Shown: positions 52,778 to 64,000 of the stretch, piece after piece
How the letters are laid out: each line of letters opens with the position of its first letter
Position numbering within the stretch: position 1 is the first letter of the stretch
Assembly: GCA_951406725.2 (NCBI GenBank)
Contig: OX597814.1
Span: 101,184,001 to 101,248,000, forward strand
Direction: 5' to 3'
Origin: Octopus vulgaris
Taxonomy: Eukaryota
DNA: 64,000 nt
Position numbers and translations under genes: made by a program
Notes under the pieces: model-generated
Databases searched by the model: none
Seen by the model: only the letters and a program-made list of their open reading frames with translations
Told to the model about the DNA's origin: nothing

Positions 52778-53401
52778 ATATTAAATGATAATAATGATTT
52801 CTTACATTGAATCAGGATAACAAATATTTGGCCTAAGTGAAAAGCCAATTAAATCCATCCAGGAATTCAGTGAAACATAATTTATCGAATATAGGGAGAA
52901 AGTGAACAGTGTTATGTAATAACCGAAAACAGCTTCCCCCAATGCTCCACCAATTCTGTCGCAAAAATTTTCTTTAAATTCATAATACTGATGCTATCCC
53001 TTGCCAATCAACCTAACTCACCATTATACAGACATACACATTAAATGCAAAAGCACCTTCAGTCGCTTCAACAAACAGCGACGCAATTATTGCTCAGCAG
53101 ATCTATTCCCCTTATTTTTCAAACTCAAAAATCTCCAACTGGTTTTGTCTTTCCACTTCAATCCCTCTCTTTCTCCCTTCTCTCCCCACCTCCTCACTCT
53201 CTCTCAGGATTTATGCCAATCTTTGAAAATACGCACTAGTGTGTTCTGCTCGCAAGAAAAGTAAACCCCTCTGATCACGTTCATTCTGAATATGTGAGAA
53301 AAAAGGATGTTGAGAAATGATACGATCAAATACAGCTCTCACATGTAAGATCTATCAGCTCGGTGGTGATCATTAACATAAAAAAGTTATAAATATTTAA
53401 T

Positions 53402-53482
53402 ACTTAATAGCACCAGGTGGTGCTATTAAGTTAGACATGGCCTAGGCCAATAATGGCCGAAACCTATCAAAGTATCAAAGTA
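53402..53482 (+). mobile_element. Probable short retroposon (LINE-type) 3' tail
   Basis: Perfect 14-bp hairpin, then CATGGCC, stem GGCCA/TGGCC, GAAAC and (TATCAAAG)2; same layout as the SINE family A tail. Confidence 0.45.
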
Positions 53483-53909
53483 CGTATATACGCTACATAT
53501 CCTCATACACAGATGCACAAACCACTGTTTAAGATAGTAGATTGTGAGTTAAATCAGATTTTCCTGCTATCTGTAGCTGGTTCACTGGCTATGCACAGAT
53601 TCCAACATTAACTTATTTTAGTCACGTGTTTTGTAACGATGAAGGTATAGAAGAAATGATAATAGATACAATGTATGCGAATATATTATTTGCTCACATG
53701 ATGAGACGTGGGCGTGAAATGAAATAACGAAATAAAAATCATTTTATGTCAATCTTTATGACTTATCTTAGTCGTATGTGACAGCTATTATATCACTGGT
53801 AATTTATTTCTATCAAATTCTTGTGCATCGACGATAAAGGCTGATAAATCTACAGAATAAATCTTTACACATACACAGACGCATATACATATATACATAC
53901 ATACATACA

Positions 53910-53953
<44 letters not shown>

Positions 53954-55071
53954 TAGATAGATAGATAGATAGATATACGTATGTATGTATGTATGTATGT
54001 ATGTATGTATGTATATATGTATGTATGTATGTATTATATTATATTGTATCGAAACACGTAGGATCATAATAAAACCCTTTCAATGCATTTGTAATTTATT
54101 AATGGATCTAACTGCCAAGAATGCCTTAATTCATGTAAAAAAAAAAACAATTGTTATCCGCTTTTCTGAAACGCTTATTAATAGGAATTTTATAAACATT
54201 ATCAATTCATTAATGGAACCAGCTGACAAGAATGCATAAATTCATGTCAAAATATATGTTTATCCTATTTTCCGAAGCACTTTATTAATAGTGACTTTCG
54301 AAACAATATTTCTGTGAGCATTAAAGGTGGATATTCGGTCTTACTGAGATCCCATAAGTATTGGAATCCTCTGTTTCTACCGATGAAGCTTTGGTATAAA
54401 TTAGATGTTGATGACATCTCTCTGAAAGTATAATGTTAGGTAAAATTCTAGTTTTTTTCTATTGTACTTCGTAGCCTGGTAACAAAGCAATATTGATGCA
54501 TCAATAATTTGGCATAGAGAAATATAAACTTACAATTTTGGGATTGGTATTTCAAGTAATTTTCAATTAGGTAATTTCGTCTCTTCTCTCTCATCTCAAT
54601 CCTTTCTAACAGACAAGCCGAACATACTAAGCACTAAGCCACGTGCCTTCATGTTCTGGTATTATGATATCTCATACGAAGCGAATGAAGTGCTAGATTT
54701 ATATGTTCCCGATTTGTAAGCAACGTTAATACAACGATCAAGAAAAGTCTTTCAGTTTGTTAGAAAGAACAGCCATATTTCATTCTAATCATACTTTACA
54801 CCCTTAAAATAGAGAGATCACACTGAACAGTGTAATCTTTGAAAAATAACAAAAAAAAAAATGGGCCTCTAACAGCTAACTCTTATTTTGAATATAAATC
54901 TGCTCAGAAGTCAAGAGCAATTGAAATGAAGTACCATGCTCAAGTACATTACGCACCGCCTCATCCAACTGAACAAAAGATGTTATGATCTAACGATGTT
55001 ATGAACTAACGGTGTTATGATCGTGAGCCGAACATCCTAAGCACTAAGTCACGTGGCTTCCTGTTCTAGTA

Positions 55072-55440
55072 TACTCTTTTACTCTTTTACTTGTTTCAGT
55101 CATTTGACTGTGGCCATGCTGGAGCACCGCTTTTAGTCGAGCAAATCGACCCCAGAACTTATTCTTTATAAGCGTAGTACTTATTCTATCGGTCTCTTTT
55201 GCGAAACCGCTAAGTTACAGGGACGTAAACACACCAGCATCGGTTGTCAAGCGATGTTGGGGGGGAAAACACAGACACACAAACATATACACACACATAC
55301 ATATATACATATATATACATATATACGACGGGCTTCTTTTAGTCTCCGTCAACCAAATCCCTCCCATGGCTTTGGTCGCCCCGAAGGTATAGTAGAAGAC
55401 ACTTGCCTAAGGTACCACGCAGTGGGACTGAACTTGGAAT
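55072..55440 (-). mobile_element. SINE family A, nearly full length (extreme 5' end missing)
   Basis: High similarity by eye to the reverse complement of 58620-59033. Confidence 0.9.
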
Positions 55441-55506
55441 AAGCCTTTTGGAAATTTTATATTATTTTTTTGTTTGGATTCTTTTATCTTTTTAATGCTT
55501 TTGTCA

Positions 55507-55571
<65 letters not shown>

Positions 55572-56364
55572 GACGATTGTTCGTTACTTTATTTCTTATT
55601 TTAAATGCAGTGTCTTTATTGTGTGATACCGAATCCCAGCCATATTAATCATAATTATCCTGAAAATTAAACCCTAATTTACAACATGTTTAAAGCCTTC
55701 GAGTGAAAACAGATGTGACCACATACTCTAACACACATGCACACACTAACATACATATACACCAATATATACACGAATAGAAACACGCACAGTCATACAC
55801 AAATCCATGCATTGAGGAAGGAGACAATCTTGAGAGTTGTTGCTTTCTACTACAGTAAAAAGACGGCTAATCATAACATATATGATTTCTAAAACAAAGA
55901 AAAACTTCTTGAAGCTCATTGGTCAACTTCCACAGCTTTCCAACAATGTTTCTAAAGGAACAAATTAATTAGTTTAATCTATGATATTTACGAATCCATA
56001 GAATGTATAATTATCCACCAGTGGATTAATATAATGTAAGCTAAAGTATAAACATAGAAATAGGACGACATGCACAACCGCGTGTGTCTACTAATACACC
56101 TAACAGTGTAGTTAATGTAGTCGCATACACACATACTCACAAACGCACATACACGCACACTCTCTCTTCCTTTGTATATACATACATTTCTTTGTGTGCA
56201 TATATATATGTTTGTGTGTGTGTGTGTGTGTGTGCGTGTGCGTGCGTACTTGCGTGTGTTGTGTGTATGTATGTATATATATGTATGTATTATGTATGTA
56301 TGTATGAATGTATGTATGTATGTATGTATGTATGTATGTATGTGATGAATATATCATTTTATCG

Positions 56365-56590
56365 TTTTCCTTTTACTTGATTCAGTAATCAGACTGTGAC
56401 CATGCCAGGGCACCGCCTAAAGGATGTTTTTTAATTGAATGAATCAACATCCAATCCTTCCTTCATTTTTTTAAAACCTGGTACTTACTCTACCGGTCTT
56501 TTTTGTCGGACCGCTACGTTACAGGCAGGTAAACCCGCCAACACTGTCAATCGGTGGTGAGGAACAAACATTGACACAAAGACAAACACA
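56365..56590 (-). mobile_element. SINE family A, diverged 3' half
   Basis: TTTTACTTGATTCAGTAATCAGACTGTGACCATGC...CCTGGTACTTACTCTACCGGTC. Confidence 0.75.
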
Positions 56591-57101
56591 CACACATACT
56601 GACGCACGCACACACGCACGCGTGCATGCATACCTATATATATATACATACATACATACATACATACATACATACATACATACATACATACATACATACA
56701 TTCATACATACATACATACATATATAAATTGCAAAGAAATAGGGATTTTAAATCCGGGCATATCCCTTACAGGCATTCTCATAAAATCAAGACTCGGCTA
56801 GCCACTTCCTTCGATTGGTAAATCTTGAGTTTGCTTCAATGGATTTCATATAGAATACAGAATGTATTTTCAAAATATAATATTGAAGAATAGAGAGATT
56901 TTTCATCAATGGGATAGAATTTTTTTCAAAGTATGAAGAAAATAGATTTTAATGAATGATGTGCAACTCCATACTTCATTATTACGTCTTTCTCTCTCAC
57001 TTACTCTCTTTCTCTCTCACTCTCTCTTTCCCTCCCTCTCTCTCTCTGCATATATGTATGTGTGTTTGTGCGCGCGCGCGTGCATGTGTGTGTACATACA
57101 T

Positions 57102-57161
57102 TTAGGGTTAGGATTCCTGGCTTTCACCCAGGCGGCCCAAATTCGATTCCCGGCATGGAAA
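57102..57161 (+). pseudogene. 5'-truncated tRNA-Glu(TTC) pseudogene
   Basis: GGTTAGGATT CCTGG CTTTCAC CCAGG CGGC CCAAA TTCGATT CCCGG CATGGAAA. The anticodon arm is perfect, the T-stem 5' strand is broken (CCGGG to CCAAA), and the 5' acceptor strand is missing. Confidence 0.8.
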
Positions 57162-57242
57162 TACTATATTTTTCACGTAGCTGCATCGGTGAAACGAATA
57201 AAAGAATAATGGAATGTATACATACATACATACATACATACA

Positions 57243-57313
<71 letters not shown>

Positions 57314-57408
57314 TCATTTTAATATTTGCATAATTGTTTAGTTCATGTCATGTTTATTTGTGTGTGTGTGTGTGTGAATCTCTGTGTCTGTGTGTGTTTT
57401 TATGTAAG

Positions 57409-57453
<45 letters not shown>

Positions 57454-58077
57454 GCATCGATGTATGTGTTAATGCTGGTATAAGGGAGGTGTGGTGTAAA
57501 GAGAAAGATGTAGAGAGACGTGTTGTCTAGTGCCCTGTGGTATTATTAACATTTACCAAAAAGTCTTTTAATCAACAGAGAAAATTGTTAGCTTCCGCTG
57601 TTTAAAGCTGGATATATCAGCACCAAATGCAAAAATAAATCTTTACATTACAAAGTCTAGCATTAAAAAATATTTTTAAAAATCTCTCAATACTTTAAAA
57701 AAAAACATAAGTCTTCTGTTATGTATGAGCATAATCTAACGGCAAATAATTATGCTTCATTTTAATTACGGATGAGATCAATGTCTTAAAACAGCTGATA
57801 CAGTCGATTTACTAGATTCATGTAACTAGTATTTCTGTTATCCTGTATGAGATGCGTAAAATTTAGTCGAGTTTATATCAGCTAAACTTCAAATGATAAA
57901 GTATCTAGTCAGGCGCTACATTGTCTCGCGTTTATCTACTTCTTTCGCTCTCTCCCTAATCCCCATTCCTCCTTCCTTCACTCTCTCCCTATCGTTCTCT
58001 TTCCATAAGAAATCACTAAACGCTTGTTTAGTGCATCTGCCTTTTTATATGTCTATGTATCTACTTCTTTTCCTTCT

Positions 58078-58171
<94 letters not shown>

Positions 58172-58619
58172 CTTTCATACGTTCGAAATCCGAACACGTT
58201 TATTTAGTGCATCTAACTTTATGTCGGTTCGTTTAATTCTGCCTCTCCCCATTTGCTCTCTCTCTCTCTCTCTTCTCACCCCCTTTATCAACTTTTCTCT
58301 TTATCCATCTATTTCTGAACTACACATAGTACAACTAACTCGATTTATATGTCCAGAAAAACAGAAAATCACGATTCTCATGAGTTTCTTAAGAACAAAG
58401 AAACGATAAAACGACCGATCTTTATGAACCTTCATAATTCATAACAATGTGTTTAATGGTTTCATGCTTCAGATTTAATAGAACCAAATTTGTCACTGTT
58501 AATATCTTGTCATGAAGTATAACGCGTTTTGAGGACTGAAATTACCAGATCCGATAGTTTGCTTTTGGGTTCATTTTCTCTTCCACAAATTATAAAGATG
58601 TTATATTGTTTATATATAT

Positions 58620-59033
58620 AGGCGTAGGAGTGGCTGTGTGGTAAGTAGCTTGCTTACCAACAACATGGTTCCGGGTTCACTTCCACTGCGTGGCACCTTG
58701 GGCAAGTGTCTTCTACTTTAGCCTCGGGCCGACCAAAGCCTTGTGAGTGCATTTGGTAGACGGAAACTGAAAGAAGCCAATCTTATATAGGTATATATGC
58801 GTGTGTGTGTGTGCATGTGTGTGTGTGTGTTTGTGAGTCTGTGTTTGTCCCCCCAACATCGCTTGACAACCGATGCTGGTGTGTTTACGTCCCCGTAAAT
58901 TAGCGGTTCGGCAAAAGAGACCGATAGAATAAGTACTAGTCTTACAAAGAATAAGTCCTGGGGTCGATTTGCTCGACTAAAGGCGGTGCTCCAGCATGGC
59001 TACAGTCAAATGACTGAAACAAGTAAAAGAGAG
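58620..59033 (+). mobile_element. tRNA-derived SINE family A, full length
   Basis: A box TGGCTGTGTGG, B-box-like GGGTTCACTTCC, internal (TA/TG)n linker, tail CAGTCAAATGACTGAAACAAGTAAAAGAG. Confidence 0.93.
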
Positions 59034-59107
59034 CCATTAATTTAGACTAGAGTTCAGTTCATGGGGCATGGAAGTTTGAACGGTAAAACGATTTTTATTG
59101 TCTAAAT

Positions 59108-59801
59108 CAGGGGATCTCTACCATTTTTTACCTATGGATTGCTTTCATTCTTATTTTACTAGGGTGGACCACCAAAGTCATTCCATGTTTAAAATCTTTT
59201 GTATTTTTATAATTACATATTAATATGACTTACTCTTTTTACTCTTTTACTTGTTTCAGTCATTTGACTGCGGCCATGCTGGAGCACCGCCTTTAGTCGA
59301 GCAACTCGACCCCGAGACTTATTCTTTGTAAGCCCAGTACTTATTCTATCGGTTCTTTTGCCGAACCGCTAATTTACGGGGACGCAAACACACCAGCATC
59401 GGTTGTCAAGCAATGCTAGGGGGACAAACACAAACACACAAACACACACACACATACATATACATATATATACATATATACGACAGGCTTCTTTCAGTTT
59501 CCATCTACCAAATCCACTCACAAGGCATTGGTCGGCCCGGGGCTATAGCAGAAGACACTTGCCCAAGATGCCACGCAGTGGGACTGAACCCGGAACCATG
59601 TGGTTGGTTAGCAAGCTACTTACCACACAGTCACTTCTGATGAAAATTGTTAAAATTTTCTGTGTATTGTGGACGTATAACTAATTTATATCATTTAATC
59701 TTTACTGGTCTAAAGCACTATTTTTTCGTGAAAAATTACTGTGGACTCCCAGTTTACTATATTGCATCCGTGGACCCCACAAAAATCTTTGAGAATCTCT
59801 C
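59108..59801. mobile_element. Old hAT-like MITE interrupted by the SINE at 59231-59639
   Basis: Degenerate termini CAGGGGATCTCTACC and TTGAGAATCTCT with internal TGGAC(C/T)C repeats; no target-site duplication recognised. Confidence 0.4.
59231..59639 (-). mobile_element. SINE family A, full length
   Basis: Reverse complement of 58620-59033 over its whole length. Confidence 0.93.
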
Positions 59802-61590
59802 AAACAATTGAGAGCTACAGCTTTTTTCACATGGTTTCAACAAAATACCAACGACATGCTTCGAACTGTCGAAGCACTTAGCGTGGCAATAAGTTTCTTA
59901 CGGTCTACCATCTGCACTCACTCTTACCTTTGAGTCGGAAATGAACCGCAATTAATATATTGTGAATTTGAAAGTCATATTTCTTCGAGAGAACCCGTCA
60001 AATGTATAGTTATATACGGATTTATACAAGTAGGTCAGGTTGACTTAGTAGGTGATATATAATTTGCGAGATTTATGTTTGCATACTTTTGACAATATTT
60101 CATATTTATTCATGTGATTTTTATGTACATGACTATATTACGTAACAGCAAACGCATCCATTTTAGAAAAATAATTTGGAGTAGAGGAAGTTTCAACTAC
60201 TTCAGTATCAAGAAATTATTTATTTTCATACAGAATACCCTACAGACTTCCTGATAATCTCTATTATCACTTTTTTTTACTTCTTTTAGTATGAACTACT
60301 GCATCTCCAGGGTCTCCATGTTAAGCCAGTGGTATCTATCTTGTGAAGTGCCTAAGTTCATTTTTATCTCGACAGTGAAATTAAGATGAATATGAATATT
60401 TAGTGAGAAAGAGAATATAAACATTTTTTTTTTCATCAGTTCTCAAACTCAGCTTCCGAAGCCTAATAATTCATTGATTTGAATAATTCCTGCCTTATTT
60501 GATTAAGCATTTGACCAATTGAAAATATATCCTCAAGGGTCTACAACAACGGGCCGAACATTACATTAACGACAGAATCATACTTGCAAAAGAAATCAGA
60601 TTTTACATGATAACCGGCAATATACATTGATATCTCTGAATTTACAACAGAAAACGCCTCCAACATGTAGATTTGTCTTCTTTTCATTCGCTCTTTGTCA
60701 ATGCCAAGCCAGCCTCATGCATAATTATCTCACGTGTAAATATCTCACTTAGCATACATACAGATGAAAAGAGAAAGGAGCTTAGGGACGTTGAACAACT
60801 GAAATGTAACAAAATAAATGCTAAAGTGTTTTTAAGATTCTCTATACCGTAATTATTCAAACTGATGCTTGCATTATTACAGACAGCGCAAATGTCTTTA
60901 TGCTAGTGTTTGCAACATATTTCTCTCTCCTTTCGACATTTACACGCGTACACACAATGTACACGACATACAATAAACAATACACAATAGTCAATATACA
61001 TAATCATCTGGGAATACAGAGAACGAGCATTTCTTTTATAGTAACTGATTGGTGAAAAGTTAAGACACAACAGGCAATTTATCTTGTGAAATTTCACTTG
61101 TACTGCATTAAGATGGGAAAATAACGAGAAACAACATCTATTCGACGCATAACGCTTAAAAGACAAGTAATATGCGCACGCGCGTGTGTGTATAAAATCA
61201 CTATTCTTTTCCCTTGTTTTCGTTTTACCTATTTATTTTTCGTCAACTCTCTCAGCTATTGCACAGCTTGCATACGTGATCTGACGCCATCTGTTTTACA
61301 GCTACACCCCAAGAATCATTAAGAGACACTCTCTTATAATCAACTTCCTATTCTCACTTGTTACTCAACTACATGAATTCCCGTAGCAAAATGCTTAACA
61401 ATGTTCCCACCCCAGTTTTCTCCTTTTTTTATTATGCAATCTGGGGGCCACCCTCTTTGGTCACCATTTACCTTCTAACTGCTCGCTGGTAATTATTACA
61501 GCAGATAACCAACTATTTTAACGTCATCTAATTCAACGCTCGCTGCATAATCTATCTGTACAAATGTAGTAGGATACCGTACTAGATACA

Positions 61591-61843
61591 CTTTTTACTA
61601 TTTTACTTGTTTCAGTTACTTGAATGTGACCATGGTGGAACACCGCCTTCAGTCGACAAAATATCCCCCAGGACTTATTCTTTGTAAGCCTAGTACTTAT
61701 TCCATCGGTCTCTTTTGCCGAACCGTTAAGTTACGGGGACGTAAACACACTAGCATTGGTTGTCAAGCGATGTTGGGGGACAAACACAGACACACAAACA
61801 TATACACACGCACATATACATACATACATACATACATACATGC

Positions 61844-61889
<46 letters not shown>

Positions 61890-62110
61890 GGCGGGCTTCT
61901 TTTAGTTTCCGTCTACCAAATCCACTCACAAGGCTTTAGTCGGCCCGAGGCTATAGTAGAAGACACTTACCCCCAAGGTGTCACGCAGTGGGACTGAACC
62001 CGGAACCATGTGTTTCGTAAGCAAGCTACTTACCACACAACCACCTACGCCTACTTACCACACAGCCACTCTTACGCATAAAAAAGCACAGTCACTCCTA
62101 CGTATAAAAA
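61591..62110 (-). mobile_element. SINE family A, full length, with a reiterated 5' terminus
   Basis: Complete body; CACA(G/A)(C/T)CAC..TACG is repeated three times at about 62035-62105. Confidence 0.9.
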
Positions 62111-62544
62111 AAACACAGGTTTTTATCCATTTCAGCGATGAAGTCACCAGGTAATCATTATGATCTGCTAGAAATAACTGCAACATCTTCCACCCCAATA
62201 TGAGTTGACGTTTTAAAATGAACATTTGATTATATTATTCTACATAAATTAAACCTCAAAATAGTAGTGGATGATTACATTAGGAACAGTTTGAGCCACA
62301 GGGTTGGCTTGAAGTACAACAACATCACCACATAAATTATTTGTTGTTATACGTTCAACAGGAAAAGGTAACTATGATTAGTATTAATAATAAAGATACT
62401 GACTGAAATCTATAAGTCCAGTTATATACTCCTCGTTCTAGTATATTTTTAAACTACAATAACAGTTTATGCAGATAAGAAATACAGGCGAGGTATACAC
62501 TAAACGGAGTGCGTGGGTAGATCCAGTATATTAACTAGTACATT

Positions 62545-62706
62545 AGAAGGTTTGGAGATGATGTACAGGTATTATATATTAGAAGAAATAGGGTACTCAG
62601 AAATCTGGATGGTTTTATATTTACACATATTTATTAATATGTCACATGTTTTTATAAATCTTATATATATTAGCGCTTGCGTCCACTCTAGTGGAGTCTT
62701 CAGATT
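62545..62706 (-). mobile_element. Second copy of the 27.8-kb repeat with a hammerhead-like motif (62669-62703)
   Basis: Minus strand CTGAAGA CTCCAC-TAGA-GTGGAC GCAA GCGC TA; the downstream ~130 bp matches 27875-28005. Confidence 0.7.
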
Positions 62707-62976
62707 GAATTTTTTCAGGACTTTGTCTCTTTTTATAGTATTATTGAGTGTGGGGGTGGAGAGAGATAGAAGATAGTACAAGAGGGTGAAGAATGGGGAG
62801 AAAATGAGAGAGTGTGTGTGTGTGTGTGCTTTTGTATCTGAAAGATGTGTCAATGAAAAAAGAAGGAAAGGAAGAAGGAAGAGAGAAAGAAGAAAAAAAT
62901 GTATTTACTTTTATACAGCCGGTCAGTTCTTTCAATACACACATACATACATACAAACATTCGTATTTACGTATGC

Positions 62977-63056
<80 letters not shown>

Positions 63057-63063
63057 ATATATG

Positions 63064-63098
<35 letters not shown>

Positions 63099-63820
63099 AT
63101 ACACGCACATTGTTGTTTTTGACTCTTGTTTTACCTGCTGTTTTAGTGCAGACGATCAACTGCTTAGACCACCAAGAGTAAATAAGAAAATGTGAAAGGA
63201 CTCAACAGTATTTGTGCGTCACAAACGATAACCTAACATCTGACTCGTAACAAACAAATCAGACATTTTTAAAGAAGGATAAGCAAAACTTATTTCTTCA
63301 AAGAATACGGCTATTTATTACGATATGTAATTCAAGAATTTAGACAAAGGAAACAAAAATACCACCTGCTTACATCTTAGAAACGTACTAATGCTTCTGT
63401 TATATTATTCAACTCACTTTACTTCAGTGTATTTTTAAGAAGGAAAGCATAGCTATAATTACATCATTTTCTACATAATGACTTATTATATTAACTGCAC
63501 ACAGTTGGGAGAAAAGAACGCAGAGTTACACAGTCTCTGCTAACATAATATATAATACAGTAAGAGCAACCAAATTAAATGTGTTAATTTACAGTCGGGA
63601 CAACAGTAAAAACAACAACATCAATAACAATGACAGCAGCAGCAGCAGCAACAGTTACAACAGCAATAAAAAATAAACCCGGCTACAACAACAGTTACAA
63701 TAATATTAATAAAACATAAAAAAACTAGCTTGACAACACCATAGACAGCAACTAAAACAAAGATGTAAAACACCAATGTGTGTGCATGTGTGTATATATA
63801 TATACATATATATATGTGTA

Positions 63821-63870
<50 letters not shown>

Positions 63871-63944
63871 CATACATATATATATATGTCGTACCATTTA
63901 TCTACTTTTAAACATATATATATATATATATATGTATGTATGCA

Positions 63945-63987
<43 letters not shown>

Positions 63988-64000
63988 ATACGTAAATACG

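Noticed and set aside
60530-60565. CTCAAG GGTCT...GGGCC GAAC hammerhead-like string
   Set aside because: The core is broken and the stem relies on G-U pairs.
1-64000. Most ORFs in the supplied track (poly-YI, HT, CV, MYVC, LS, K/R/E, I, N)
   Set aside because: They are translations of di-, tri- and tetranucleotide microsatellites; no host protein domain or credible exon chain was seen.

Overview
This is not prokaryotic DNA. It is AT-rich, microsatellite-saturated animal non-coding DNA (intergenic or deep intronic). Its SINE, Penelope and Helitron content resembles a cephalopod (Octopus-like) genome, which is an inference from repeat types rather than a database result. I found no intact host protein-coding gene, rRNA or CRISPR array, and most ORFs in the supplied track are translations of simple repeats. 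The window holds decayed mobile elements: an internally deleted mariner, a long-TIR rosa/DD41D-type Tc1/mariner derivative, pogo- and hAT-like MITEs, Helitron remnants, a decayed Penelope element plus Penelope 3' ends, a CR1-like endonuclease fragment, a young Tx1/L1-clade 3' end inside a (GATA)n tract, at least four tRNA-derived SINE families, and a tRNA-Glu pseudogene. The most interesting hidden signal is nine minimal type I hammerhead-ribozyme-like motifs (CUGANGA-stem II-GAAA, mostly with a short palindromic stem III and NUH), eight between 22.6 and 40.5 kb and one at 62.7 kb. They are tied to Penelope-type terminal repeats, and some sit in inverted pairs. Every copy deviates from the canonical core, so activity is unproven. 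Other notable structures are (TA)n-centred palindromes, a tail-to-tail SINE pair, a trimeric SINE and a covarying 3' hairpin shared by different retroposon tails. All alignments were done by eye, so boundaries are approximate unless stated.
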